This document shows, in pieces, positions 53,734-61,628 of a stretch of DNA of 61,628 nt (the first letter of the stretch is position 1; each line of letters begins with the position of its first letter). This DNA is from a virus (lineage: Duplodnaviria > Caudoviricetes). The position numbers and the translations under genes were made by a program. The notes beneath the pieces were generated by a model. The model worked only from the letters and a program-made list of their open reading frames with translations, was not told where the DNA came from and made no database searches. Location: IMG/VR virus record IMGVR_UViG_3300044840_000050, positions 1 to 61,628 of that record, one strand, 5' to 3'.

Positions 53734-53876
53734 CGGACCGCGACTGGCTCTGGAGTGACTACGCCCGCGAGGACGACCCGGCCTACACGCCCGACGACAT
53801 CGCCTGGCTGGAACTCATGGAGCAGGTCGACCGCGACCAAGCCGCCGGCATGTACGACGAGGAGAACGCAGCGTGA
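53730..53876 (+). CDS. small acidic protein
   Basis: Own translation MTDRDWLWSDY...EENAA; GTGA overlaps both sides. Confidence 0.55.
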   Translation: MTDRDWLWSDYAREDDPAYTPDDIAWLELMEQVDRDQAAGMYDEENAA

Positions 53877-54187
53877 AGCCTTCCGAAGCTATCCGTGAAG
53901 GCCGCAACCGGCTCCTCGAGCGTGGCTGGTGCCAGGACGTGCTCGAGGAGGCGGACGGGTCGCTCTGTTCGGTTGGCGCTATCCGGTCCGCGGTGCTCGG
54001 CGACACCGACCGGACGTATGACCCTGCGGCGATGTGGGTGTGTAAGCGGGCCGTCGCGACGTTGTCTGACGCGGCCGGCGTTCACATCCCCGTGTTCAAT
54101 GACGCGCCCGGCCGCACGTTCGATGAGGTCATCGACGTGTTCGACAAGGCCGAGAAGCTCGCCGAACAGGCAGAGTCCAGTGGCTGA
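53873..54187 (+). CDS. conserved phage hypothetical protein (DUF6197-like)
   Basis: GWCQ...CSVGAI...FNDAPGRTFDEVI. Confidence 0.7.
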   Translation: MKPSEAIREGRNRLLERGWCQDVLEEADGSLCSVGAIRSAVLGDTDRTYDPAAMWVCKRAVATLSDAAGVHIPVFNDAPGRTFDEVIDVFDKAEKLAEQAESSG

Positions 54188-54368
54188 GCGCGTCCCGCAT
54201 CTCGAGGAGCTGGAACGGCTCGAGGCGATTGAACGTCTGAGCGCGGAGTGGGCGGAGGAAGACGCGCAAGCCGAAGCGGTGGCGCGCGCTGACCGTTCGT
54301 GGTTGTCGGAGAACTCGGGCGGTCATATGTCCGAGACCGAGAAGCAAGACCACCCGGAGAATTCCTGA
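54180..54368 (+). CDS. hypothetical protein
   Basis: fills the gap in the operon. Confidence 0.45.
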   Translation: MAERVPHLEELERLEAIERLSAEWAEEDAQAEAVARADRSWLSENSGGHMSETEKQDHPENS

Positions 54369-54844
54369 TGCTTGCCGTCGAGCAGGGTCTCTTGCTAATC
54401 CCGCTTCGCTCGCGTAACGGCGAGTTTCGCTGGGCCAAAGTCGACGTTGACGACGCCCCTATCGTCACGCCCCACAAGTGGTTCTTCGATGGCATGTACG
54501 CGGCGACCAAGAGCGGTAAGCACAACCTTCGGCTGCACCGCCTGCTCGTTGGCAAGAGCATGGCTTGTCGCTCCGTCGAGGTGGACCACATCAACCTCGA
54601 CAAGCTCGACAATCGGCGAAGCAATCTCCGGTTGGTGCCTCACTCGGTGAACAGTCGAAACGTGCCGTCGCAGGGTGGTTCATCGCAGTTTCGGGGAGTT
54701 ACCTGGGACAAGAAGCGGGAGACCTGGCGCGCTCAGGCCAACCATTCAGGCAAGGGCTACCACCTCGGCTACTTCGATGACGAGCAGGAAGCCGCCGCCG
54801 CGGCGATTGCGTTCTGGCGTCATGTTGAGGAAGTCGCCGTATGA
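54368..54844 (+). CDS. HNH endonuclease with AP2 DNA-binding domain
   Basis: VDHINLDKLDNRRSNLR; SQFRGVTW...WRAQ...HLGYF..EQEAA. Confidence 0.92.
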   Translation: MLAVEQGLLLIPLRSRNGEFRWAKVDVDDAPIVTPHKWFFDGMYAATKSGKHNLRLHRLLVGKSMACRSVEVDHINLDKLDNRRSNLRLVPHSVNSRNVPSQGGSSQFRGVTWDKKRETWRAQANHSGKGYHLGYFDDEQEAAAAAIAFWRHVEEVAV

Positions 54845-55656
54845 CTCCAGACCAGTCAGCCGCGCTGCGACAACGATTCCCAGAAGAGGCGATCGGCAAG
54901 CTGCCGAAGGGCGGCAAGCTTCTCGATTTCGTGGGACACGCTTCCGTGACCGACCGCCTCCTTGATGTCGACCCTGAGTGGACATGGGAGCCGCTTGCGT
55001 TCGCCGCTAACGGCACACCGCTGTGGACTGTGGACGCCGGCAACGCGGTGATGTGGATTCGGCTCACCGTCGCTGGCGTGAGTCGCTTGGGCGTCGGCAT
55101 CGTCAAGGACAACACCGACGACCTCGAAAAGAAGTTGATTTCGGATGCTCTCAAGAACGCAGCGATGCGCTTTGGCGTGGCTCTCTCGTTGTGGAGTAAG
55201 GAAGACCTACACGCATCCGAGAACGCCGACGCGGCGGGGGACACGGCAGCGCGCCCGTCCGCGTCGGCTACTCACGCAGGGGTGGCACGCGAGATCGATG
55301 AGCCTCGCGTTCCGAAGGCGGACATCCAGGGACGCCCGAAGACCACCCCTGCCGAATCTGGCTCACCGCGGTCTCGCCCTCGCGCTGAGTCGGACGCCGC
55401 GGAAGTCTCCCCGCCCAAACCCACGGAGACTTCCGCGGCCCCATCGCCCGACGAGTGGAAGCCGCCCGCGGTTCAGTTGCACAACGCGATCGCGTTGCGA
55501 AGGGCGCTGTACGCGCGGGGCATCTCTATCTACGAAGTGATGAAGCAAGAAGGCATCCCGAAGCTGGAAGACGTTCACGACGAACCGACGTTCCAGCTGT
55601 GGCAGAAAATCTTGGCCGACTTGGACACGGCGAACCCCGAGCAGGTGAACACATGA
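54841..55656 (+). CDS. Rad52/Sak-like single-strand annealing protein
   Basis: LDFVGHASVTDRLLDVDPEWTWEP...ISDALKNAAMRFGVALSLW. Confidence 0.82.
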   Translation: MTPDQSAALRQRFPEEAIGKLPKGGKLLDFVGHASVTDRLLDVDPEWTWEPLAFAANGTPLWTVDAGNAVMWIRLTVAGVSRLGVGIVKDNTDDLEKKLISDALKNAAMRFGVALSLWSKEDLHASENADAAGDTAARPSASATHAGVAREIDEPRVPKADIQGRPKTTPAESGSPRSRPRAESDAAEVSPPKPTETSAAPSPDEWKPPAVQLHNAIALRRALYARGISIYEVMKQEGIPKLEDVHDEPTFQLWQKILADLDTANPEQVNT

Positions 55657-55814
55657 CTGACTGGTTTGTGTATCGCTGCGAAGAATGCCATCAGACCCTC
55701 TACGTCAATACCAAAGCAGAGGACTGGGAACCGCGTTGCGGTCATGTTGTGCGCCTGGTCGGGTTGGCGGATGAACGTCAAGTCTGCGACGTCCTCAAGG
55801 GCGCGGACCGATGA
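55653..55814 (+). CDS. small Cys-containing protein
   Basis: YRCEEC...RCGH. Confidence 0.5.
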   Translation: MTDWFVYRCEECHQTLYVNTKAEDWEPRCGHVVRLVGLADERQVCDVLKGADR

Positions 55815-55969
55815 CGGAACTCATCAAAGCGTTCTTCCCGTTTGCGGATTACATGCGCTGCTCTAAGTGCGGAGAGCCGGTCAGCACGCGCGAAGCAATC
55901 GCGGTCGTTGACGCGGACCAGTGGGCCGGGTTCCAGCACCCTGACGGATGCCCGGGAGATGACGAATGA
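55811..55969 (+). CDS. small Cys-containing protein
   Basis: Own translation ...RCSKCGEP...HPDGCP; ATGA overlaps. Confidence 0.5.
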   Translation: MTELIKAFFPFADYMRCSKCGEPVSTREAIAVVDADQWAGFQHPDGCPGDDE

Positions 55970-56316
55970 ACGCGCAACCCATCAGTCTCTTCGACGTTCC
56001 TCCTACTGGGGCAATCCGTCACGGGGACTACGGGACCAGCATCGCCGCTGCCCGACGCGTCGGCCAGTCCCGCGTCGGTCTGCAAGCGCGCATTATGGAA
56101 CAGCTCCGCAAGGAACCCGAGGGTTTGACGGACCGCGAACTATGCCGGCGGATCGTTCCGGAGGAGCCGTTGCGGTGGCAGTCCGTCATCAGCGCGCGTA
56201 ACGGGTTGCAGAAGAAGCGTCTGGTGGAGGCGACGGGCCGGGAACGTGAGGGCCGTCAGGTGTGGCGCGCGTTCGGCGCTATCCAGGAGATAGAAGTCGT
56301 CGGAGAGATTCTGTGA
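55966..56316 (+). CDS. winged-HTH DNA-binding protein
   Basis: TSIAAA...GLTDREL...SARNGL...LVEATG. Confidence 0.7.
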   Translation: MNAQPISLFDVPPTGAIRHGDYGTSIAAARRVGQSRVGLQARIMEQLRKEPEGLTDRELCRRIVPEEPLRWQSVISARNGLQKKRLVEATGREREGRQVWRAFGAIQEIEVVGEIL

Positions 56317-56543
56317 TGTTCCCCGCGTGGATGTCGCGCGCTGCGTGTGCTGGTGGGGAGTCGGAGACGTTCTTTCCGGAGTGCAGTGAGCCGGCGGTAG
56401 CGGCACGGACCATCTGTGCGGCTTGTGATGTACGCGCGGAGTGTCTCGAGTTCAGCTTGCGGGAACGCATCGAGCACGGCGTCTGGGGCGGCCTTTCATC
56501 GAAAGAACGCAAGGAACTGCGACGCAAAAAGAGGGTCGCGTGA
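56316..56543 (+). CDS. whiB: WhiB-family transcription factor
   Basis: AAC...FFP...ICAACDVRAECL...GVWGG...ER. Confidence 0.93.
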   Translation: MFPAWMSRAACAGGESETFFPECSEPAVAARTICAACDVRAECLEFSLRERIEHGVWGGLSSKERKELRRKKRVA

Positions 56544-56803
56544 AGGGCTATGTGTTCGCGGTGCACTGCGCGTACTGCGACGGCGAGTGTGACCCGGTGA
56601 CCGAGTCGCGTTCCTTCCGTTGGGATACCCGCGCGGTCGCGAAGTGCAAGACCTGCAACACCGTTTGGACGATTCAGGTCCAGATGATTACGGACACGAA
56701 GCGCGGAGCGGCGTATGCGTCGGTCGCGAAAATCAAGCAGCTGGAGAAGGCCCGGAAGGCGAAGAAGGAACAGGCCGACGCGGCGAAATGGGTGAAAGCG
56801 TGA
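56540..56803 (+). CDS. zinc-ribbon protein
   Basis: CAYC...CKTC. Confidence 0.6.
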   Translation: MKGYVFAVHCAYCDGECDPVTESRSFRWDTRAVAKCKTCNTVWTIQVQMITDTKRGAAYASVAKIKQLEKARKAKKEQADAAKWVKA

Positions 56804-57246
56804 CCCTCCCGCTGCAAGGCCCCGACAAAGTCGACTGCCCCGATGGCTGCGGTCTCTTCGGCCGTCCCGTAGCGCGCCGCAAGGGTCACATTCGTGGTTG
56901 CCCATGCGTCGCGTGTCGCAACGGCAGGAACTCGGCAGAGGGCAAACGCCGTCACCGTCGCTTCGCGAAGAACGCCGGCATCAGCCAGGGTTACGGCGGT
57001 TCCTCGGAGGAAGAGGCGTGGCGTGACCATTTCCGCTGGGAAATCAAAACCGGGAAGCAATGCGACCCGATCGTCACGCGCTACGAGCTCGCCCGCGCGC
57101 AGTCAGAACTAACCCGTCCGATTGGTGACCCGCGCCCGTTCGCAATGGGGGTCTCACCGACGCAGGCATCGCGTCCGTCACTCGTGCTCATCGATGCCGA
57201 GGTGTGGAACGGGCTCATCGTCCCTCTTTTGGAAGCGTCGATCTGA
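56800..57246 (+). CDS. putative PD-(D/E)xK nuclease/Holliday junction resolvase-like protein
   Basis: GKRR...EE...WEIKTG; N-terminal Cys motif. Confidence 0.5.
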   Translation: MTLPLQGPDKVDCPDGCGLFGRPVARRKGHIRGCPCVACRNGRNSAEGKRRHRRFAKNAGISQGYGGSSEEEAWRDHFRWEIKTGKQCDPIVTRYELARAQSELTRPIGDPRPFAMGVSPTQASRPSLVLIDAEVWNGLIVPLLEASI

Positions 57247-57539
57247 TGGGCGACTCCTTGTTCGATGAAGACGACTGGGGCCTACTCCGCAAGCTCGCCG
57301 AGGTCGTGAAGGAACGCAAACGCGAGCAGGAAATCACCGACAAGGCCGTCAAGGCCGCCATTGCAGAGAACGCCGAACGGCATCAGCAGACACACGAAGC
57401 GCTCGTTGCGTACCAAGGTCTGTCGCGCCTGCTAACGGACAACGCGGGCCATAGCGACAAGATCGTCCGCGAAGAGGCGCTGGGCGCCGCGTTCGCGGTG
57501 TTGGGCGGCACGATAAGTCTCGACGAGTACGCGACATGA
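57246..57539 (+). CDS. hypothetical protein
   Basis: TGATG overlap. Confidence 0.6.
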   Translation: MGDSLFDEDDWGLLRKLAEVVKERKREQEITDKAVKAAIAENAERHQQTHEALVAYQGLSRLLTDNAGHSDKIVREEALGAAFAVLGGTISLDEYAT

Positions 57540-57697
57540 GCGTCTTCGCGTTGACCGACCCGCGTCATCTGATTCACGTCTCAGACGATGGCTGGCTCAC
57601 CCGCTGCGGACGACGCGCGGAAGACGCAGCCGACCTCGTCGACGTCGTGACGCATCGCGAGTGCAAGACATGCCACTACGACAAGGGGACTCAATGA
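57536..57697 (+). CDS. small His/Cys protein
   Basis: Own translation ...IH...TRCG...CKTC; ATGA overlaps. Confidence 0.55.
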   Translation: MSVFALTDPRHLIHVSDDGWLTRCGRRAEDAADLVDVVTHRECKTCHYDKGTQ

Positions 57698-57879
57698 CGG
57701 AACCGAAGATTGGCCGATTCCAGGTTCGGACTGTGGCGGAGGGCACGTTGCTCTCCCAATTCGATGACCCCAAGGCTGCCGAGTTCGCCTCTGATCGGGC
57801 GAACGGGCAGGCCGAGGCTCTCGGAGTCAACGCCCGCTACGAGGTCAAAGATGCCGCGGAGGAACCAGCGGTCGCGTAA
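57694..57879 (+). CDS. hypothetical protein
   Basis: AAGGGG RBS. Confidence 0.6.
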   Translation: MTEPKIGRFQVRTVAEGTLLSQFDDPKAAEFASDRANGQAEALGVNARYEVKDAAEEPAVA

Positions 57880-57938
57880 GTGCAATACCCGCGCGACATG
57901 GCGCGCTCGCAACATTGTCGACAAGGAGCAGCTGTGGA

Positions 57939-58541
57939 GTGCAGGTCCCTTTCCGGAAGTGCCTGGTGGCGTTCGCTTGTTGCGTCGCCTTCCTGAGTTC
58001 GTGCTCGGACGTACACGACCCGTTAGTCCAAGTGAATCCGACCCCATCCACGAATCAGGCATCAATGAACCCTTCCAGCAGAGCTGCAACGAAACGGGCC
58101 TCTGTGTTGGAGGTCGCGGGAGTGGGTCAGGCCGCTGCGGGCGTGCAGCGCGTGCAAGAGGCCGTGTTCGTGATCGCGGTCGGGAAAGGTTTAGCGGAGC
58201 GGAGTGCCCAGGTGGCGACGGCGAGGCGCACGGGGTCAAGTCGCCCTGCCGTCGCCACCACGGGCTCACTCGACTCTGTTGTCGCATGTATCTACGCGCA
58301 TGAGAGCGGAAATTTCAGCGAGTCGTCGCATCCCAGCTCAGGATCCGGAGCCGCGCAATGGATTCCGAGCACATGGCGCGCGTGGTCTGCGCGCGCCGGC
58401 TACCCAGGATACGCGTACGCGTATCAAGCCCCAGCGTCAGTGCAGGAGGCTGTGCTGCGCTACGCCCTGAACCACGGCGGCGCTGGCAACTGGTCCAACA
58501 AATTCGGGAACGACCCCTGCACTCAGGGAATGGGCGGATGA
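57939..58541 (+). CDS. Rpf-like lytic transglycosylase with probable lipoprotein signal
   Basis: FLSSC lipobox-like; CIYAHESG...GAAQWIPSTW...APASVQ...GAGNW. Confidence 0.75.
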   Translation: MQVPFRKCLVAFACCVAFLSSCSDVHDPLVQVNPTPSTNQASMNPSSRAATKRASVLEVAGVGQAAAGVQRVQEAVFVIAVGKGLAERSAQVATARRTGSSRPAVATTGSLDSVVACIYAHESGNFSESSHPSSGSGAAQWIPSTWRAWSARAGYPGYAYAYQAPASVQEAVLRYALNHGGAGNWSNKFGNDPCTQGMGG

Positions 58542-58939
58542 CTCCGAGCCTTGACCGGCCAGACACCGTATTGATTCGTGACGGTGTCTCCGATGTGATG
58601 CCGATGGTGCTCGGACTCAGTGAGCATCTCGAGATTCTCGAGCCGGTTGTCGGCCTTGTCGCCGTTGATGTGGTGAACGTGCTTCCCGGCGACGTCAATG
58701 CCAGCCTCGGAGAGTACGAGCCGATGCTCGTAGACGTACCCGATGGAGTCGGCGAGCGGATGTCCCGGCATCCACAGTCGGACATAGCCGTTCTTGCCTT
58801 TGGTGACTCGTCCCGTCCCGTATGTCGGGCGAACCATCGCGAGCGGATCTCCGTGTGCCTGCCATCGCGCGTAGTGCTTCGAGCACCAACCGCGCCCAAT
58901 GGCTCGGCAGTCGCATCCATCAATCGTGCAGGTCCTCAT
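58523..58939 (-). CDS. free-standing HNH endonuclease (paralog of 20836)
   Basis: YVYEHRLV...VHHINGDKADNRLENLE; TAAACT -10 upstream. Confidence 0.92.
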   Translation of the reverse strand: MRTCTIDGCDCRAIGRGWCSKHYARWQAHGDPLAMVRPTYGTGRVTKGKNGYVRLWMPGHPLADSIGYVYEHRLVLSEAGIDVAGKHVHHINGDKADNRLENLEMLTESEHHRHHIGDTVTNQYGVWPVKARSHPPIP

Positions 58940-58993
58940 AGTGAGGCAGTTTACCAGTTCACACACGGCGACCACTGACATGGGGACTCAACA

Positions 58994-59638
58994 ATGGAGC
59001 ATGGACAAATGAGAACTGTTTGCAGGTTGGGATTCATCGTGGCTGCGCTCGTCGCGTTCAGCGCGACCGCAGCAAGTGCTTTTCCCCCTTCGGAGAAACC
59101 ACATTTCTTCGTGGGGGAGGACGGCACCTGCTCACTGTTCATCGATCCGCCCCTTCAGTTTCCCGTCACGTTCTCCGGAACCATCGACGGCGTCGCGTTC
59201 TCACGCGTCGGTTTCTACGGGGCCACGGAGCCGCATAAGGCGAAGGTGGATGTGACGGACCTGATGGGTGTCGGGTTCAAGCATGTTGTGGTGACTGCGA
59301 AGGGGCCGTTCTTAGGGACGAGCCCGACGACGACTGGAGACTTCACATGCAAGCCGGAACCGAGCACGACGAGTACGTCCTCGACGAGCACCTCGACGAC
59401 TACCTCGGTCTCGTCAACGACATCGGTCTCGCCCTCAACCGCGACAACGTCGACCTCGACGACATCTATCGCCAAGTCCTCGCACTCCATAACGCCCTCC
59501 ACTCGTATCGGTACCGCCGTCACATCCTCCCGTGCCCGTGAGTTGCCTATGACTGGCAGCGACACTGCGCCACTCGCTCTGTTCGGTGCGTCGTTGGTGG
59601 CGAGTGGCTGGCTTTTGACCCGAGGACGGAACCGATGA
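58994..59638 (+). CDS. LPxTG cell-wall-anchored protein
   Basis: signal peptide, S/T linker, ELPMTG + hydrophobic helix + RGRNR. Confidence 0.82.
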   Translation: MEHGQMRTVCRLGFIVAALVAFSATAASAFPPSEKPHFFVGEDGTCSLFIDPPLQFPVTFSGTIDGVAFSRVGFYGATEPHKAKVDVTDLMGVGFKHVVVTAKGPFLGTSPTTTGDFTCKPEPSTTSTSSTSTSTTTSVSSTTSVSPSTATTSTSTTSIAKSSHSITPSTRIGTAVTSSRARELPMTGSDTAPLALFGASLVASGWLLTRGRNR

Positions 59639-59689
59639 CATCGAACTCACAAGGTCTGTCAGACGACCCAAGGAAGGAGGAAACATCCC

Positions 59690-59776
59690 ATGAAGGCAAA
59701 GATGATCGGCGCGAGCGTCTCATTGTTGGTGCTCGCAGGTCTGCTCTCGGCGGGAGCACCCAGGTTCTCTCACTGA
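59690..59776 (+). CDS. 28-aa hydrophobic peptide
   Basis: AAGGAGG RBS; MKAKMIGASVSLLVLAGLLSAGAPRFSH. Confidence 0.55.
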   Translation: MKAKMIGASVSLLVLAGLLSAGAPRFSH

Positions 59777-59882
59777 GCGTGGTTGAGTCTCGGCTCAGGC
59801 GGGTGCGTCTTGCCCGTACCGCGTTTCTCATGGGAGAGGGAGTGGATCGTCCGGCCGGCGGTCCTCTCTCCGACCAGGACGC

Positions 59883-60074
59883 GTGATGGTGCCGGATCGA
59901 ACCGAAGAAGAACGCGCGGCGATCATTCGCCTGGGTCAGATCGTGCAACTCGCAGGTCGATTGCTTGAGCAGATCGACAACATTGAGGTTGCGCGGGTAC
60001 TCGACTTCGTACGAGCGGCCGACAACCAGCTTTACGAAGCCGTCGCGCTTCTACTCCCACAGGATTTCGAATGA
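59883..60074 (+). CDS. hypothetical protein
   Basis: helical 63-aa ORF on the coding strand. Confidence 0.5.
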   Translation: MMVPDRTEEERAAIIRLGQIVQLAGRLLEQIDNIEVARVLDFVRAADNQLYEAVALLLPQDFE

Positions 60075-60102
60075 TTCGGGGAGACATTCAAGGGACCATG
60101 GA

Positions 60103-60291
60103 ATGAGCGCCGTCAGCGTCTCGCTCACCGTGACGTTCGACCACGAGCCGGGTCACATGCTGGAACCGGAGGACTTGGTGCTGCGCATCGTTCAGGACGC
60201 GTTTGATGACGCCTACGGGTCTGGCGTGACCATTGTCGTAGTCGATGACGTGAACGTCCGGGTTTTGGGGGAAGGACGCCGGCACCAGTGA
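60103..60291 (+). CDS. hypothetical protein
   Basis: plausible codon usage, AGGGA upstream. Confidence 0.5.
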   Translation: MSAVSVSLTVTFDHEPGHMLEPEDLVLRIVQDAFDDAYGSGVTIVVVDDVNVRVLGEGRRHQ

Positions 60292-60427
60292 GCGCGGAGT
60301 GTGAGCATGAGTGGGAACGCCAACCGCGCGTCTGGATGCTTGATCCGCCGTTGTTCTTGTGGGCTTGCGCGAAGTGTGGCGAGCTGATGGCCGCTTCGGA
60401 GGCTGGTACAGCTTTGGAAGCTGTCGC

Positions 60428-60736
60428 ATGACCCCGCGCTCAGAAGTTCCGAGACTGCCGGCTCCTTGTAAGCACTGCGGTCAGCGCGTGTTTCTCAGCA
60501 TCGGCGAGAAGCGCCCGGGCGGAACGAACCGCTACGGAGGCGGACTCACTGAGTTCACGCTTCCGACTATGTGGTGTGACGCTGGCTCTGATGAACCACA
60601 CGCGTGTAAGATCGGGTCCGAACAAGGTGCTGCCGGGACGTTGAACCCGCCCCGGCAGCTGCCAGCCCCGAGCAAGCGAGGCCAACGAATGAAGCGTGCC
60701 ACACGCAAAGCCCACCGCGCGAACCGAGCGCGTTGA
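60428..60736 (+). CDS. hypothetical protein with CxxC
   Basis: APCKHCG...HAC; TGATG overlap with next gene. Confidence 0.5.
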   Translation: MTPRSEVPRLPAPCKHCGQRVFLSIGEKRPGGTNRYGGGLTEFTLPTMWCDAGSDEPHACKIGSEQGAAGTLNPPRQLPAPSKRGQRMKRATRKAHRANRAR

Positions 60737-61323
60737 TGGCCCTCTCGAAGCGTCTCCGGTACGAGGTCCTGCGCCGCGACAACCACACCTGTCGCTACTG
60801 CGGAGCGACGGCACCCGATGTTGCGCTGACCGTCGATCACGTCACCCCGGTGGCTCTCGGCGGAGCTGATGAACCCACCAACCTCGTCACTGCCTGCCGC
60901 GATTGCAACGCCGGCAAGACCTCCTCGAGCCCCGATGGTGCGCTGGTGGAGGACGTGGCTCACGATGCGCTCAGATGGCGCCGAGCAATGGCAGAAGCCG
61001 CCGCCGAGCAAGCGGTCGATCGTGGCCAGCGTGACCATGATCTCGACGTGGTCGAGACTCGTTGGCGCGGGTGGATGCCCGGTAACTGGGAGTACTCGGT
61101 CAACTGTTGGCTCGATGCCGGGCTGACCATTGACGATCTCGTCCGGCTGATCGGCGCCACTCAAGCTAAGCCCCGTCAAGACGCGTGGAAGTACTTCTGC
61201 GGTGCGGCATGGGGCACGCTGCGCCAACGGCAAGAGCGGGCGCATGAGCTGATCGCCGCTGCCAACCTGGAATCGGTGCGAGATGGCTTGCGCGAGTCGG
61301 TCGAGGAGGCAGTCGTGGACTAG
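60736..61323 (+). CDS. HNH endonuclease with helical C-terminal domain
   Basis: RLRYEVLRRDNHTCRYCG...VDHVTPVALGG...NLVTACRDCNAGK. Confidence 0.92.
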   Translation: MALSKRLRYEVLRRDNHTCRYCGATAPDVALTVDHVTPVALGGADEPTNLVTACRDCNAGKTSSSPDGALVEDVAHDALRWRRAMAEAAAEQAVDRGQRDHDLDVVETRWRGWMPGNWEYSVNCWLDAGLTIDDLVRLIGATQAKPRQDAWKYFCGAAWGTLRQRQERAHELIAAANLESVRDGLRESVEEAVVD

Positions 61324-61628
61324 CCGTTATCTACAAGAGACCCAACTGTGGGGCGATTAGCAGGGACCGCTAGAGGCCCGTGGCGCGTCAGCACAGGTGT
61401 GCTTTACGGCGTATATCAACGTAAAGCCTGGTAACTCTCCCGCGGGCTTTCACGGTGGGTGGGGAATCAACAACCGTGCAGCCCCTGGAGCCCTCAGGAA
61501 AGCAAGGTTGCACGCCAAAATGGACAGTGGCACGTCGAGAGCAACCGAGCGAAGCGAGGGCGGTAGCAAGAAGGTGCGTCGAGGCCGGCGTGCAGTCCTG
61601 ACCGAGATCGTCATGGTCAGGATGACCA
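61324..61628 (+). ncRNA. structured non-coding region (candidate ncRNA or origin)
   Basis: no ORF >=60 aa; consecutive stems, several with G-U pairs on the + strand. Confidence 0.4.

Noticed and set aside
58940-58993. Possible orphan 3' end of the Rpf-like gene (GGC GAC CAC TGA) beyond HNH 58523
   Set aside because: Similarity to ...GNDPC is too weak to count as a fourth split-terminus case.
59635-59886. 83-aa ORF in the track
   Set aside because: No motif and it runs through hairpins; the strong RBS inside it points to the 28-aa ORF in another frame. Not fully excluded, since it has stop/start overlaps at both ends.

Overview
High-GC, densely coding, almost entirely + strand window that reads as a (near-)complete temperate siphovirus of an actinobacterial host. 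The host inference rests on WhiB, an Rpf-like lysozyme, an LPxTG protein, Thr-rich lipoproteins and leaderless promoters. Order: early/middle genes with a DNA methyltransferase (1-3.2 kb); an accessory structural operon (3.2-9.9 kb); probable cos region; terminase, HK97-type portal, protease and capsid; glycosyltransferase/epimerase/O-methyltransferase genes and fibre genes interleaved with head-tail genes; tail genes, tape measure and a 1801-aa fibre; a lysis region carrying two secreted carbohydrate-active proteins; integrase and repressor; an early operon; and a structured non-coding end. There are 12 HNH-type ORFs. Three HNH cassettes sit inside a neighbouring gene's terminus and supply a recoded replacement terminus, leaving the orphaned original on the other side, and several others abut synonymously recoded gene ends. 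Other highlights: a probable virion glycosylation/methylation pathway, a stand-alone copy of the tail-fibre N-terminus, a repressor/integrase pair resembling integration-dependent immunity, a 28-aa secreted-peptide candidate and candidate ncRNAs. All calls come from motifs read by eye; no database searches were run, and many start codons are my choice among in-frame options.
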